This document shows positions 19,276-27,106 of a DNA stretch of 32,000 nt, one piece after another; positions within the stretch are counted from its first letter, which is position 1, and every line of letters starts with the position of its first letter. Source of the DNA: an uncultured Nitrososphaerota archaeon (GTDB lineage Archaea > Korarchaeota > Korarchaeia > Korarchaeales > Korarchaeaceae); assembly GCA_964480775.1 (NCBI GenBank), contig CAYZRF010000003.1, positions 60,001-92,000 of the forward strand, in the 5' to 3' direction. Position numbers and translations under genes: made by a program. The notes under the pieces were generated by a model. It saw only the letters and a program-made list of their open reading frames with translations, was not told the origin of the DNA and searched no databases.

Positions 19276-19293
19276 AAATTACAATTGTAATTT
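19276..19293. promoter_or_regulatory. Perfect 18-bp palindrome AAATTACAATTGTAATTT, 30-47 nt upstream of the OPT transporter start; candidate operator overlapping its promoter
   Basis: Read directly: AAATTACAA/TTGTAATTT is self-complementary. It lies in the divergent transporter/TetR intergenic region. Confidence 0.45.
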
Positions 19294-19370
19294 CTTCTTG
19301 TTTTTTCTTACTGCAAAACTACTTCGGTGTGGATTCTTGGTCGTTTAATCGTTTTCATCAAGTTTATATA

Positions 19371-19386
19371 GACTGACTAGTCAGTC
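19371..19386. promoter_or_regulatory. Perfect 16-bp palindrome GACTGACTAGTCAGTC directly after a TTTATATA box (19363-19370); candidate TetR operator between TATA box and start codon
   Basis: Read directly. The palindrome sits 14 nt upstream of the TetR ATG (19400). That is where a repressor would block TBP/TFB or RNAP recruitment. Confidence 0.5.
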
Positions 19387-19399
19387 AAACTAGAAAATA

Positions 19400-19996
19400 A
19401 TGGTGGAACCTACAAAAAAGAAAATCCTGGACGCAGCCGCAAAGTGCTTTTCGAAGTGGGGATACGCAAAAACTACAATGGATAAGATAGCAGAAGAAGC
19501 TGGTGTTAGTAAAGGAACTCTATATTGGTACTTCAAGAGTAAAGAGGAACTGTTTGTTGAATTAAAAAAGAAATCAATTGCAAAGGTTAGAGATCAATTT
19601 GAAAAGCTGTTTTCTCAAAATAAGACGTTTGATTTGAAGTTAAAGAAAGCTATAGATTTGTACCTCTCTCCTTTAGTTCCTGAAAAAAGAGAAATTGCAA
19701 GGTTAAAGGCAGAATTCTTGGCAGAGGCACCTAAAATTCCTGAATTGAATAACATGCTGAAGCAACAGTACGAGCTCATTCAAGGACTTATTGCTTCTAC
19801 AATACAAGAAGCAATTAAGAAGGGGGAATTGAGAAACGATATTGATCCAAAATCACTTTCAATGATTCTACTTGCTATGCTTGATGGCTTAGAGTTACAC
19901 TGGGCAATTCTCGAGCTTGATATCGACTGGCAGAAGGTCAAAGCTATTTTGCTGGACGTTCTAATGGTGGGATTAAAGGCGCAGAGATTGAGGTGA
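19400..19996 (+). CDS. TetR/AcrR-family transcriptional regulator
   Basis: 198 aa. The N-terminal HTH reads TMDKIAEEAGVSKGTLYWYFKSKEELF, followed by a helical ligand-binding domain. Confidence 0.9.
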   Translation: MVEPTKKKILDAAAKCFSKWGYAKTTMDKIAEEAGVSKGTLYWYFKSKEELFVELKKKSIAKVRDQFEKLFSQNKTFDLKLKKAIDLYLSPLVPEKREIARLKAEFLAEAPKIPELNNMLKQQYELIQGLIASTIQEAIKKGELRNDIDPKSLSMILLAMLDGLELHWAILELDIDWQKVKAILLDVLMVGLKAQRLR

Positions 19997-20289
19997 ATAA
20001 GTTGTCAGTACGTTCGAAGAGAACAAGATACGAGGTTTATGCAGACCTACTCAACACAATAAGAATGGAGGATAGGTGCACCATAACAAGAGCCTCTTAC
20101 GGTGCAAGAATCCCTGTTGACAGGGCAAACAGGTTTTTGCACGAGTTGATGGAAAAGGGATTGGTGAGAGTTGAGGAAGAAGACGGATCGAGAATTTACA
20201 GGGTAACAATAAGGGGAATTGAATTTCTTGAACTTTTTGAGAGGTTAAAGAAACTGTTGGGGGAGCCCTTAAGTTCCAGAGGGTATTAG
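19993..20289 (+). CDS. Small winged-helix DNA-binding protein (archaeal wHTH family)
   Basis: 98 aa. RYEVYADLLNTI....CTITRASYGARIPVDRANRFLHELMEKGLVRVEEEDGSRIYRVTIRGIEFLELFERL is a wHTH with wing. Its GTG start overlaps the TetR stop (GTGA). Confidence 0.6.
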   Translation: MNKLSVRSKRTRYEVYADLLNTIRMEDRCTITRASYGARIPVDRANRFLHELMEKGLVRVEEEDGSRIYRVTIRGIEFLELFERLKKLLGEPLSSRGY

Positions 20290-20619
20290 TATTCACTCAT
20301 TTGTGATCACCAAACGTTACTACAACAAGTGATCCTCTCTTGTGCGCTTCTTCTATAAGTCGGGAAAAGAAAAAAGGCTTGATGATGAAAATGAAGTTCA
20401 GAAATGGGTTTTCCAAGATACCTGTTGAGGCTGGAATGATTGGGCTCAGGGTAACTAGATCATTGGACACGAAATCGGCTTTGCATGAAATAATAACCAT
20501 AAACATACTGCTAAATGAGGGCAAGGACTCGAGTTCAAGCCCATTGAAAGTGTAATTTATCTATGGAATGATAGTCTCAAATTGTGAGTTGAGATAAAAA
20601 GCGCGTATGGTGAGGTGGC

Positions 20620-21960
20620 TTGGTAGGCATGCCAGATGTAACACGGATAGAGCCTTGGAGCAAAGCGAGACTAGGCGAGGTAAGCGGAAGCCTTCTTATT
20701 GGTGAAGGAGCAACTATTCGAGGGGAAGGAGAGCCACCCAAGGTCAAAGTAGATGGATCCGTGATATGCAAGGGCGATTGTACTTTTCTATGTAGTTTAG
20801 AGGCTTTGAAACTTGATGTAAAAAGAGGAGATATAAACATTGAGGGTGACCTGAGCGTTGAAACTAGCGTTAGGGTGAAAAGAGGAAGCTTGATGGTAAA
20901 AGGCGCCGCTAAGGCCGAAACCTTCGAAATCGATAAGAAATTGATTGTTCAAAGAAACCTCGAGGGTGAAGAAATTAGGGTTGGCGGATCGTTAGAAGTC
21001 GGTGGAGAGACTAAAGCGGAGACAATCGATGTTGGAGGGGGGTTCATAGCCAAAGACAAGGTCAAAGCCGAGAAAGTAAAGGTTGGAGGGAAGTTTACTG
21101 GAGAAAAGGATGTCGAATTGGAAGAGCTAAATGTCGGAGGAAAAGCTGTCATCACAGGTGGAAAAATCACTGATATAAATGTCGGAGGGGGATTCGAATC
21201 AAAGGGTTCTCTCGTGTTTGAAAATATGGATGTGGGAGGAGTTGCAAAACTTGGAAAAGGGAGCGCAGGCGGAGAAATAAATGTCGGAGGGGCTCTAAAA
21301 GCTGAAGATGGACTGAAGTTCGATAAAATAGATGTTGGCGGGCTTGTTTCTATTAAAGGGAGTGCAGAAGGAGGCGAAATCAACGTTGGAGGTGTACTCA
21401 AAATCTCTGGCTCCATAAATTTCGATAAGCTTGATGTTGGCGGTAAAGCCAGCATTTCAGGCAGAGCACAGGGGGAAGATGTTGAGGTCGGCGGTGCCAT
21501 AACAGTTGATGAAGACCTTTTACTTACTGGCAGACTCGATGTTGGAGGAACATGCAAGGTTAGAGGTCTTCTAAAGGCGGAATCTATGAAGGTTGGTGGA
21601 GGAGTTGAGGCAGATCTCATTGAGGTAGAGGATCTGATAAAGGTTGGCGGCTATATTAGAACATCAAGGGGCACAAAGGCTAGAGAAGTAAGAATAGGCA
21701 AAAGAGGAGAGATAAAAGGTCCTGTTATAGCAGAAGAAGTCTTGATCGAGGAAAGGGCCAGGGTAGAGGATGTTTATGCCGACGAAATTGTTATGGAAGA
21801 AAGATCGAGAGCAAAAAGCCTTCATGGTAGGAGGATCTACTTGGAGAGGAGGTGTAGAGTTATAGGAGAGGTAGAATACACAGAAAGCCTAGAGAAAGAA
21901 GCAGAAGTTGAAATAGGATCAGAGAAAAAGATTGATGACCTCAGAAAACCTGAAATCTAA
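20620..21960 (+). CDS. Beta-helical repeat protein, bactofilin-like (polymer-forming cytoskeletal family candidate). The probable true start is the ATG at 20629.
   Basis: 446 aa. It contains 15 xVGG motifs spaced about 16-19 residues apart (for example INVGGALKAEDGLKFDKIDVGGLVSIKGSAEGGEINVGGVLKISGSINFDKLDVGG). The termini are charged and non-repetitive. Confidence 0.6.
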   Translation: MVGMPDVTRIEPWSKARLGEVSGSLLIGEGATIRGEGEPPKVKVDGSVICKGDCTFLCSLEALKLDVKRGDINIEGDLSVETSVRVKRGSLMVKGAAKAETFEIDKKLIVQRNLEGEEIRVGGSLEVGGETKAETIDVGGGFIAKDKVKAEKVKVGGKFTGEKDVELEELNVGGKAVITGGKITDINVGGGFESKGSLVFENMDVGGVAKLGKGSAGGEINVGGALKAEDGLKFDKIDVGGLVSIKGSAEGGEINVGGVLKISGSINFDKLDVGGKASISGRAQGEDVEVGGAITVDEDLLLTGRLDVGGTCKVRGLLKAESMKVGGGVEADLIEVEDLIKVGGYIRTSRGTKAREVRIGKRGEIKGPVIAEEVLIEERARVEDVYADEIVMEERSRAKSLHGRRIYLERRCRVIGEVEYTESLEKEAEVEIGSEKKIDDLRKPEI

Positions 21961-22140
21961 AGGTTTTAGATTTTTTCTTTATTGCGTAAAAAGGCACAAT
22001 AAGCTTCTACAAGTTTAAATGTCTTGTTTTTGGGATGCGAAGTTCTTGTTGATTGAAGAAAGAGATTTTTACAAGTATTGGTCAGTAAGCCGACCGACGA
22101 TCATCTTTCAATCTCTTCCTGCTGGATTCATCATCCCAAA

Positions 22141-22270
22141 CATCTCAATAAGGGATTAGGATCTATATTCTTATCTAAATTTCTGACCCTATCTCTTAAG
22201 GCTTTATAGCAACCTGAATAAGCTTTTCTTTTGGAATTCTAGGATAATCATCTCAAAGAGGGATTAAGAT
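22141..22270. repeat. Two imperfect 22-nt direct repeats (CATCTCAATAAGGGATTAGGAT at 22141-22162; CATCTCAAAGAGGGATTAAGAT at 22249-22270) upstream of thrC
   Basis: Read directly: 19/22 identical, 108 nt apart. The second copy ends 45 nt before the annotated thrC start. Confidence 0.35.
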
Positions 22271-22314
22271 TACTATCAGATCTTTTAAGTAAGGATAAAG
22301 CAAAATTAAGAAAG

Positions 22315-23460
22315 ATGAATTCGTTCTCTAAGATATTTAAAGGCTGGAAAATGTTCTGTTTTAAATGCGGCCGTACTCAGAAAATAAGCAAGTCATGGAA
22401 GTGTGAATGTGGGCATCCTTTATCCCTTACTATGGATCTTAAAGGCATTCAAGTAGATCCTTCGGAGCTTAAAAAAAGAACTTCTACTTTGTGGAGGTAT
22501 AGGGAACTTCTTCCAGTAGCATTTAACAGAGAGGTATCTCTGGGAGAACCAATTACACCTCTCATCCAACTTGATTTGATGGGTTTAGATTCATGCTTCC
22601 TTAAGCTGGAATTCCTATTTCCAACGGGCTCATTTAAGGATAGAGGATCCTCAATCATGATATCGGTAGCTAAGATTATGGGAGTTGAGAAAGTAGTAGA
22701 AGATTCTTCAGGTAATGCTGGGGCCTCTGTTGCGGCTTATTCTGCAAAAGCAGGCATTTCTTGCAAAATATTTGTACCTTCTTACGCCTCTGGGTCAAAA
22801 CTTCTCCAAATAAAAGCTTATGGGGCAGAAGTCATTGCAAGAGGTTCAAGGAACGATGCCTCAATTTTTGCGATAAAAGAAGCTGAGAAAGGGATTTTCT
22901 ACGCGAGCCACGTGTGGAATCCCTTCTTTTTAGAGGGAACCAAAACTTTTGCATTTGAGATCTGGGATCAAATCGGATTTAAGGAACCAGACGCTCTGAT
23001 ATTGCCCGTTGGTCACGGAACTCTCTTGTTAGGAGCATACAAGGGATTTTTGGAACTAAAAGAGATAGGTATGATCAATAAGTTGCCTAGGTTATTCGGA
23101 ATTCAGGCAGAAGGTTTCTCTCCTCTAGTCGATAGACTGCACGGACAAACTCAAAGTGAAGGCAGCTCTCACTTAGCTGACGGTATAATGATAAGGGATC
23201 CGCCTAGACTAGATGAATTGGTGAATTCCATTCAAAAGACTAGAGGAGATGCTCTTACTGTTAGAGACGCTGAGATAAAAGAAAATTGGAAGAGATTGGC
23301 TAAAAAAGGACTTTTTGTTGAGCCCACTTCTGCCGTAGCTCTTGCTGGGTTAGAGAAGCTGATAGCCGAAAGACTTATTGATAGGGACGAGTATATAGTT
23401 GTTCCTTTAACTGGAAACGGGCTTAAGACTCCTCATAAGATATCAAAACTAATGATCTAG
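22315..23460 (+). CDS. thrC: Threonine synthase (PLP-dependent) with an N-terminal Cys4 zinc-ribbon
   Basis: 381 aa. It has CFKCG...CECGH at the N-terminus and the PLP-lysine motif PTGSFKDRGSS. It also has SSGNAGASVAAYSA and a C-terminal LTGNGLK. Confidence 0.85.
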   Translation: MNSFSKIFKGWKMFCFKCGRTQKISKSWKCECGHPLSLTMDLKGIQVDPSELKKRTSTLWRYRELLPVAFNREVSLGEPITPLIQLDLMGLDSCFLKLEFLFPTGSFKDRGSSIMISVAKIMGVEKVVEDSSGNAGASVAAYSAKAGISCKIFVPSYASGSKLLQIKAYGAEVIARGSRNDASIFAIKEAEKGIFYASHVWNPFFLEGTKTFAFEIWDQIGFKEPDALILPVGHGTLLLGAYKGFLELKEIGMINKLPRLFGIQAEGFSPLVDRLHGQTQSEGSSHLADGIMIRDPPRLDELVNSIQKTRGDALTVRDAEIKENWKRLAKKGLFVEPTSAVALAGLEKLIAERLIDRDEYIVVPLTGNGLKTPHKISKLMI

Positions 23461-23534
23461 CAATCCTTTGAATTCTAAATAGTTTAGAGGATAGAATCGT
23501 AATTCTAAAGCAAGATCTTATAGTTCGAATTTTC

Positions 23535-23556
23535 GGCCAAAAAATTGGGCCTTTTT
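23535..23556 (+). terminator. Hairpin (GGCCAA-AAAA-TTGGGCC, imperfect) followed by T5; possible thrC terminator
   Basis: Read directly, about 75 nt downstream of the thrC stop. Archaeal termination mainly needs oligo-T, so the call is weak. Confidence 0.3.
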
Positions 23557-24020
23557 GCTCCCAAAACTGAAGTTCACAGAAGAGGTTTGTTGGAGCTGTA
23601 TTCTCATATAGTCCCTTAAATTGGGTTTCATTCATGGGAAGTACTGTCTTTTTTAATTCTATGTTGGAGAAATTACATTGGAGATAGAAGAAGGCATCTC
23701 TGGAATAATAAATAAGAAGACGTTATATGAGCCGAAAATAAACAATTTCAGACTAAATTTTTGTTCTTGACAATTTGATAATTCTTATTGAGTCGAAAGC
23801 CAAAAGATAAGTTTTGCGATTTTCTTTCTGTTTGAAAGAGTGAAATGTTGGCCTATATACATATGTTAGTCAGGTTAACCCCTGCACCTATTGCTTGGTA
23901 ACGTTGGAAATCAATAACAAGTTATAATAAACTGTCAAACTCGATGAAGGGCATCCTAATCGATAAACAGCTTTTTGGTCAAAAGGTAAAGATTAGAAAA
24001 TAGAAGCTTATAGATGGCCT

Positions 24021-24641
24021 ATGCATACAACCTTAGAGGGTATACATCCGGTTTCTCTCAATGGTGTTAAGGCATTCCTTCTTACTTGCGGCAATACACT
24101 AGTCCTAGTGGACACTGGAGGATCTGAGGAGGATGCTGACACCATCCTCAGGTACATCAAGAGCCTGAACAAAAGTCCAAAAGATGTTGAAATGTGTTTG
24201 ATAACTCATCGTCACAGGGATCACATAGGAGGTCTCTATAAGCTAAAAAAGGGGTGCGGCTTTCGGGTCGCATCACATGAAGGAGATGCTAGTGCTATTA
24301 AGGAAATCACAGGCATTCTCGTTGACGTAATACTGGAAGACGGGCAGACCTTGCAATACTGCGGAGGGATAAGGGTAATTCACATTCCAGGTCATACTTC
24401 AGGAAATATCTGCTTATTTATAGAGAGTAAGAGAGCAATAATTGTCGGAGACACCCTCTTTGTATTCAATGGTAAGCTCTCTCCTCCACCAGAGCGTTAT
24501 TGTGAGGATTATGAAATGGCAAAGAGAGGATTGAGAAGATTACTGGAGTTAGATTTCGATACCATGCTAGTATCCCACGGAGAAGACTTATGGAGTGGGG
24601 CAAAAGCAGAGCTAGCTGGACTCTTAAGAAAGCTTGAATGA
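24021..24641 (+). CDS. MBL-fold metallo-hydrolase
   Basis: 206 aa. It has the HxHxDH motif (THRHRDHIGG) and a downstream HIPGHTSG and VSHGE. Confidence 0.85.
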   Translation: MHTTLEGIHPVSLNGVKAFLLTCGNTLVLVDTGGSEEDADTILRYIKSLNKSPKDVEMCLITHRHRDHIGGLYKLKKGCGFRVASHEGDASAIKEITGILVDVILEDGQTLQYCGGIRVIHIPGHTSGNICLFIESKRAIIVGDTLFVFNGKLSPPPERYCEDYEMAKRGLRRLLELDFDTMLVSHGEDLWSGAKAELAGLLRKLE

Positions 24642-24656
24642 TAGGTTCACTCAAGG

Positions 24657-25250
24657 TTATTTCAAAGGAATAGGGTTAGACCAGCTGTTCAGAAATGAAA
24701 CATCTAAAGCACTAAATCTAGATTCCTTTGGTTTTTCATCAGCGGAGAACCCAATTGGAAGTATTGCCTCTAATCTAAATTCTTCTGGAGCATTGACTTC
24801 ATCCAATATACCTGTAGGATTAGAGGGCGTATAGGTCACCGTGCTAAGTCCAAGTTCCTCCAAAGCGAGCAAGATATACCCTATCGCCAACCAAACAGAG
24901 TGGGTTGAGTAAGGTGCTTTCTTTTCAGAAAAGACAAGGACTAAGAGAGGGGCCTCTTCTAAAAACGGCTTTTTCCAGCTAAATCCCTTTGAGAGCAACC
25001 ATCCTCTTAATTCTCCCCTTACTTTTGAGTAAAATTCCTTCTCACCATTCTCGCATATCTCCCTTATTCTCCTTTTCTTTTGAGGATCGGTAACTATTAC
25101 AAACCTCCATGGTTGAGTATTAGCTCCTGAAGGGGCTTGACAAGCAGCCTCTAGGGCCAACAGAACTTCATTTAAGTTAACTAGGCTTGATGAGAACTTC
25201 CTAACTGTTTTTCTTCTCCTAGCAAGCTCTAATATCGAGCTCTTTTGCAT
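24657..25250 (-). CDS. Nitroreductase-family FMN oxidoreductase
   Basis: 197 aa. RRKTVRKFS...ACQAPSGANTQPWRFVIV is typical of the nitroreductase fold. Confidence 0.8.
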   Translation of the reverse strand: MQKSSILELARRRKTVRKFSSSLVNLNEVLLALEAACQAPSGANTQPWRFVIVTDPQKKRRIREICENGEKEFYSKVRGELRGWLLSKGFSWKKPFLEEAPLLVLVFSEKKAPYSTHSVWLAIGYILLALEELGLSTVTYTPSNPTGILDEVNAPEEFRLEAILPIGFSADEKPKESRFSALDVSFLNSWSNPIPLK

Positions 25251-25366
25251 GAACTACCCCCCTTTGCCCAAGACAAAAAGCCCATTAGTGTTTTGATCTT
25301 CTCCTTTAAAATAGGAGGTACAGGGTTAACTACTTTATTTATTGAACCTTTTATTGAGAACAGACC

Positions 25367-26518
25367 TTGGCTAAATCCAGAAATCTAACGCTCTTGCTCT
25401 CTTTCATCTTACTTCTAGGACTTGTTAGCTTTTTCTTAACTTTGAGATATGGCCAATCACCGCATTTTAGTGAGGAAATGCCAACAAAAACTCATCTTAA
25501 CGATAAGATATCTGAAGCTCCAGTATTTCCTCCTGAACTCAAAGAAATGGCTTTAACTCTTATTCCTACAGAAGAAGAGGTACAAATAGAAATAAAGAGG
25601 TTCAAAGAGGCAAGAGGATATGAGCCTGAAGCGATCGTTATAGGAATGCCTCCAGCAATTTTTAACAGAGATCAGGTAAGACAGATTTTAGCGAAAGTAG
25701 AGGTTTTGTTGGAAAAAGGCTATCAGATAGAAGTTATATGGAACATCCCAAAATACACTTGTTTATGTTACGCTGACATGCTTGCAGAGGAGATCGAAAT
25801 GCACTCCATTCCTACAAAAGTATACTCCATCATCAGAGAAGAGGAGGCAGAAACATTGGAAATCATAAATACCTTTAAAAGCAGAAACATCTCTATATGG
25901 ATCAAATCAGCAGAGGGAAGGTCCAAATTCGTTAAGGTTCCACCCTCACTTGACGAAGAAAAGTTAAGCATCATTTTGAACGCCACCCAGGCATTATATT
26001 CTGGTGAAAATCTCTCTATCGTAGTGACTGAGGGGTGTGGTGAGGGAAACTGGGTCCGAGACAAGATATATCATGGTTGGATCTGCGTTTTCAATCATTG
26101 TTTTAATCACAAGTGGTGGTTTTGGAGGGATTGCTCACTTGGCATCTTATCTGGCTGTAGAGATGAAGGTCCTTCGGAGTTAACAGCCTGTGATATTCAT
26201 TACATGAGAGAGATGTATTTCTACGGAGATATGGGCAGAACAAATGGCCTGATAAATTTCCCAGGATGCAAGCCCGCTGAAAATCCAGAAAAATGCAAGG
26301 GTAGCTGTGGAGTGATTAACACACTTTGGATGAGCAACTGTAACCTAACCTTCTCTAAATTGCCGTTAAATGAAGAAATCTACTTCATATACGCATGTTA
26401 CATACCAACTCACACGAGTAAGGATCCTTTTCCCTATCTCAGTTATTGTGGATGTTTTGGAAGGTGTCCAGATCCGCAGATCTTCATAATCGACATAAAA
26501 TATGTTTTCACACCTTAA
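25367..26518 (+). CDS. Membrane-anchored/secreted orphan protein with a Cys- and Trp-rich C-terminal domain
   Basis: 383 aa with a TTG start. The N-terminal anchor is NLTLLLSFILLLGLVSFFLTL. The C-terminal ~170 aa contain about 16 Cys and many aromatics (GCGEGNWVRDKIYHGWICVFNHCFNHKWWFWRDCSLG...CKGSCGVINTLWMSNCN...YCGCFGRCPDP). I recognise no family. Confidence 0.5.
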   Translation: MAKSRNLTLLLSFILLLGLVSFFLTLRYGQSPHFSEEMPTKTHLNDKISEAPVFPPELKEMALTLIPTEEEVQIEIKRFKEARGYEPEAIVIGMPPAIFNRDQVRQILAKVEVLLEKGYQIEVIWNIPKYTCLCYADMLAEEIEMHSIPTKVYSIIREEEAETLEIINTFKSRNISIWIKSAEGRSKFVKVPPSLDEEKLSIILNATQALYSGENLSIVVTEGCGEGNWVRDKIYHGWICVFNHCFNHKWWFWRDCSLGILSGCRDEGPSELTACDIHYMREMYFYGDMGRTNGLINFPGCKPAENPEKCKGSCGVINTLWMSNCNLTFSKLPLNEEIYFIYACYIPTHTSKDPFPYLSYCGCFGRCPDPQIFIIDIKYVFTP

Positions 26519-26615
26519 TTCTAGAAAGAGACTTTCTTTAATTTCCAGCATATTAATGAATGTAAAACATTCTAAACATATTTGAAAAATAAGAAAAAAG
26601 GAGGGGGAGGTCATC

Positions 26616-26858
26616 GGGCCGGAGGATGGCCTTTAGCCTTCCTTCTTAAGCGATAAAATTAGACGGCTCCCGTAGAAGTTGTAAGAATGCTCGCGCGAAC
26701 TTAGCTTTTCGCCTAAAAAAGGCGAGCATACGAATTTTGTCATTTTTTCTTCCTTAAGATGGATATTTGGCTCTACATTAAGCAGTAGATCGAAAACAAA
26801 AGCAGAGAAGGTCGCTAGAAGGAATTTCATGTCCAGCCTCTCCTCTATCCTCCGGCCC
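26616..26858. other. 243-nt element closed by a perfect 12-bp inverted repeat (GGGCCGGAGGAT / ATCCTCCGGCCC) with nested internal helices; candidate structured ncRNA or MITE-like element
   Basis: Read directly. Nested complementary segments:
- H1: 26616-26627 with 26847-26858.
- H2: 26639-26646 with 26817-26824, plus 26649-26651 with 26814-26816.
- H3: 26687-26694 with 26722-26729.
- H4: 26772-26776 with 26785-26789.
- H5: 26663-26666 with 26670-26673.
The strand is undetermined. A/T-rich boxes and oligo-T runs exist on both sides. Confidence 0.35.
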
Positions 26859-27106
26859 TCACTTTAATTATAGGAAGTCTGATGTATTTTTAGAACACTG
26901 CAGAATTTTTTGAAAACACTGGAATTTCATGGAACATCTTTTTGACATAGACCCGGGGTTTTATTATCAAAAAATTAAACTATAATCTTGTTGGTCGAAT
27001 GCTTGGGTGCAAACTCTAAAAATAAAAGCTTTAACTTGAATATAGAAGAACTTAATGGAGAATTCTTTTCCTCTTTAGGAATGTTTTTTACATTTACTCC
27101 CTCATA

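Noticed and set aside
20531-20542. GAGTTCAAGCCC (and AGTTCGAAT near 23523), resembling tRNA T-loops
   Set aside because: There is no complementary T-stem, acceptor stem or anticodon arm around either site. I found no tRNA in the window.
20297-20555. Two overlapping short ORFs (75 aa minus strand, 71 aa plus strand) in the gap before the VGG-repeat gene
   Set aside because: Neither has coding-like composition or motifs. The minus-strand C-terminus (LIEEAHKRGSLVVV) vaguely recalls glycosidase-type sequences, but it is far too short to call a gene remnant.
20949-21620. 223-aa minus-strand ORF rich in PPT/SS repeats
   Set aside because: It is the antisense shadow of the VGG-repeat gene: GTTGGAGG read backwards gives CCTCCAAC, which translates as PPT. 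It is low complexity and has no independent support.
20950-21650. Periodic ~50-nt DNA repeat that could be mistaken for a CRISPR-like array
   Set aside because: The repeats are imperfect, in frame, and encode the xVGG beta-helix units of one long ORF. There is no repeat/spacer alternation and no leader.
26616-26858. Calling the IR-bounded element RNase P RNA or SRP RNA
   Set aside because: There are only short, imperfect resemblances to RNase P conserved regions, and the putative P4 pairing does not line up in register. No SRP helix-8 motif is present. Without a covariance-model score I cannot name it.
26821-26931. 11-mer GGAATTTCATG repeated exactly 100 nt apart (26821 and 26921)
   Set aside because: My rough estimate is that a local 11-mer repeat of this kind is expected about once in a window this size. 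There is no extended similarity around either copy.
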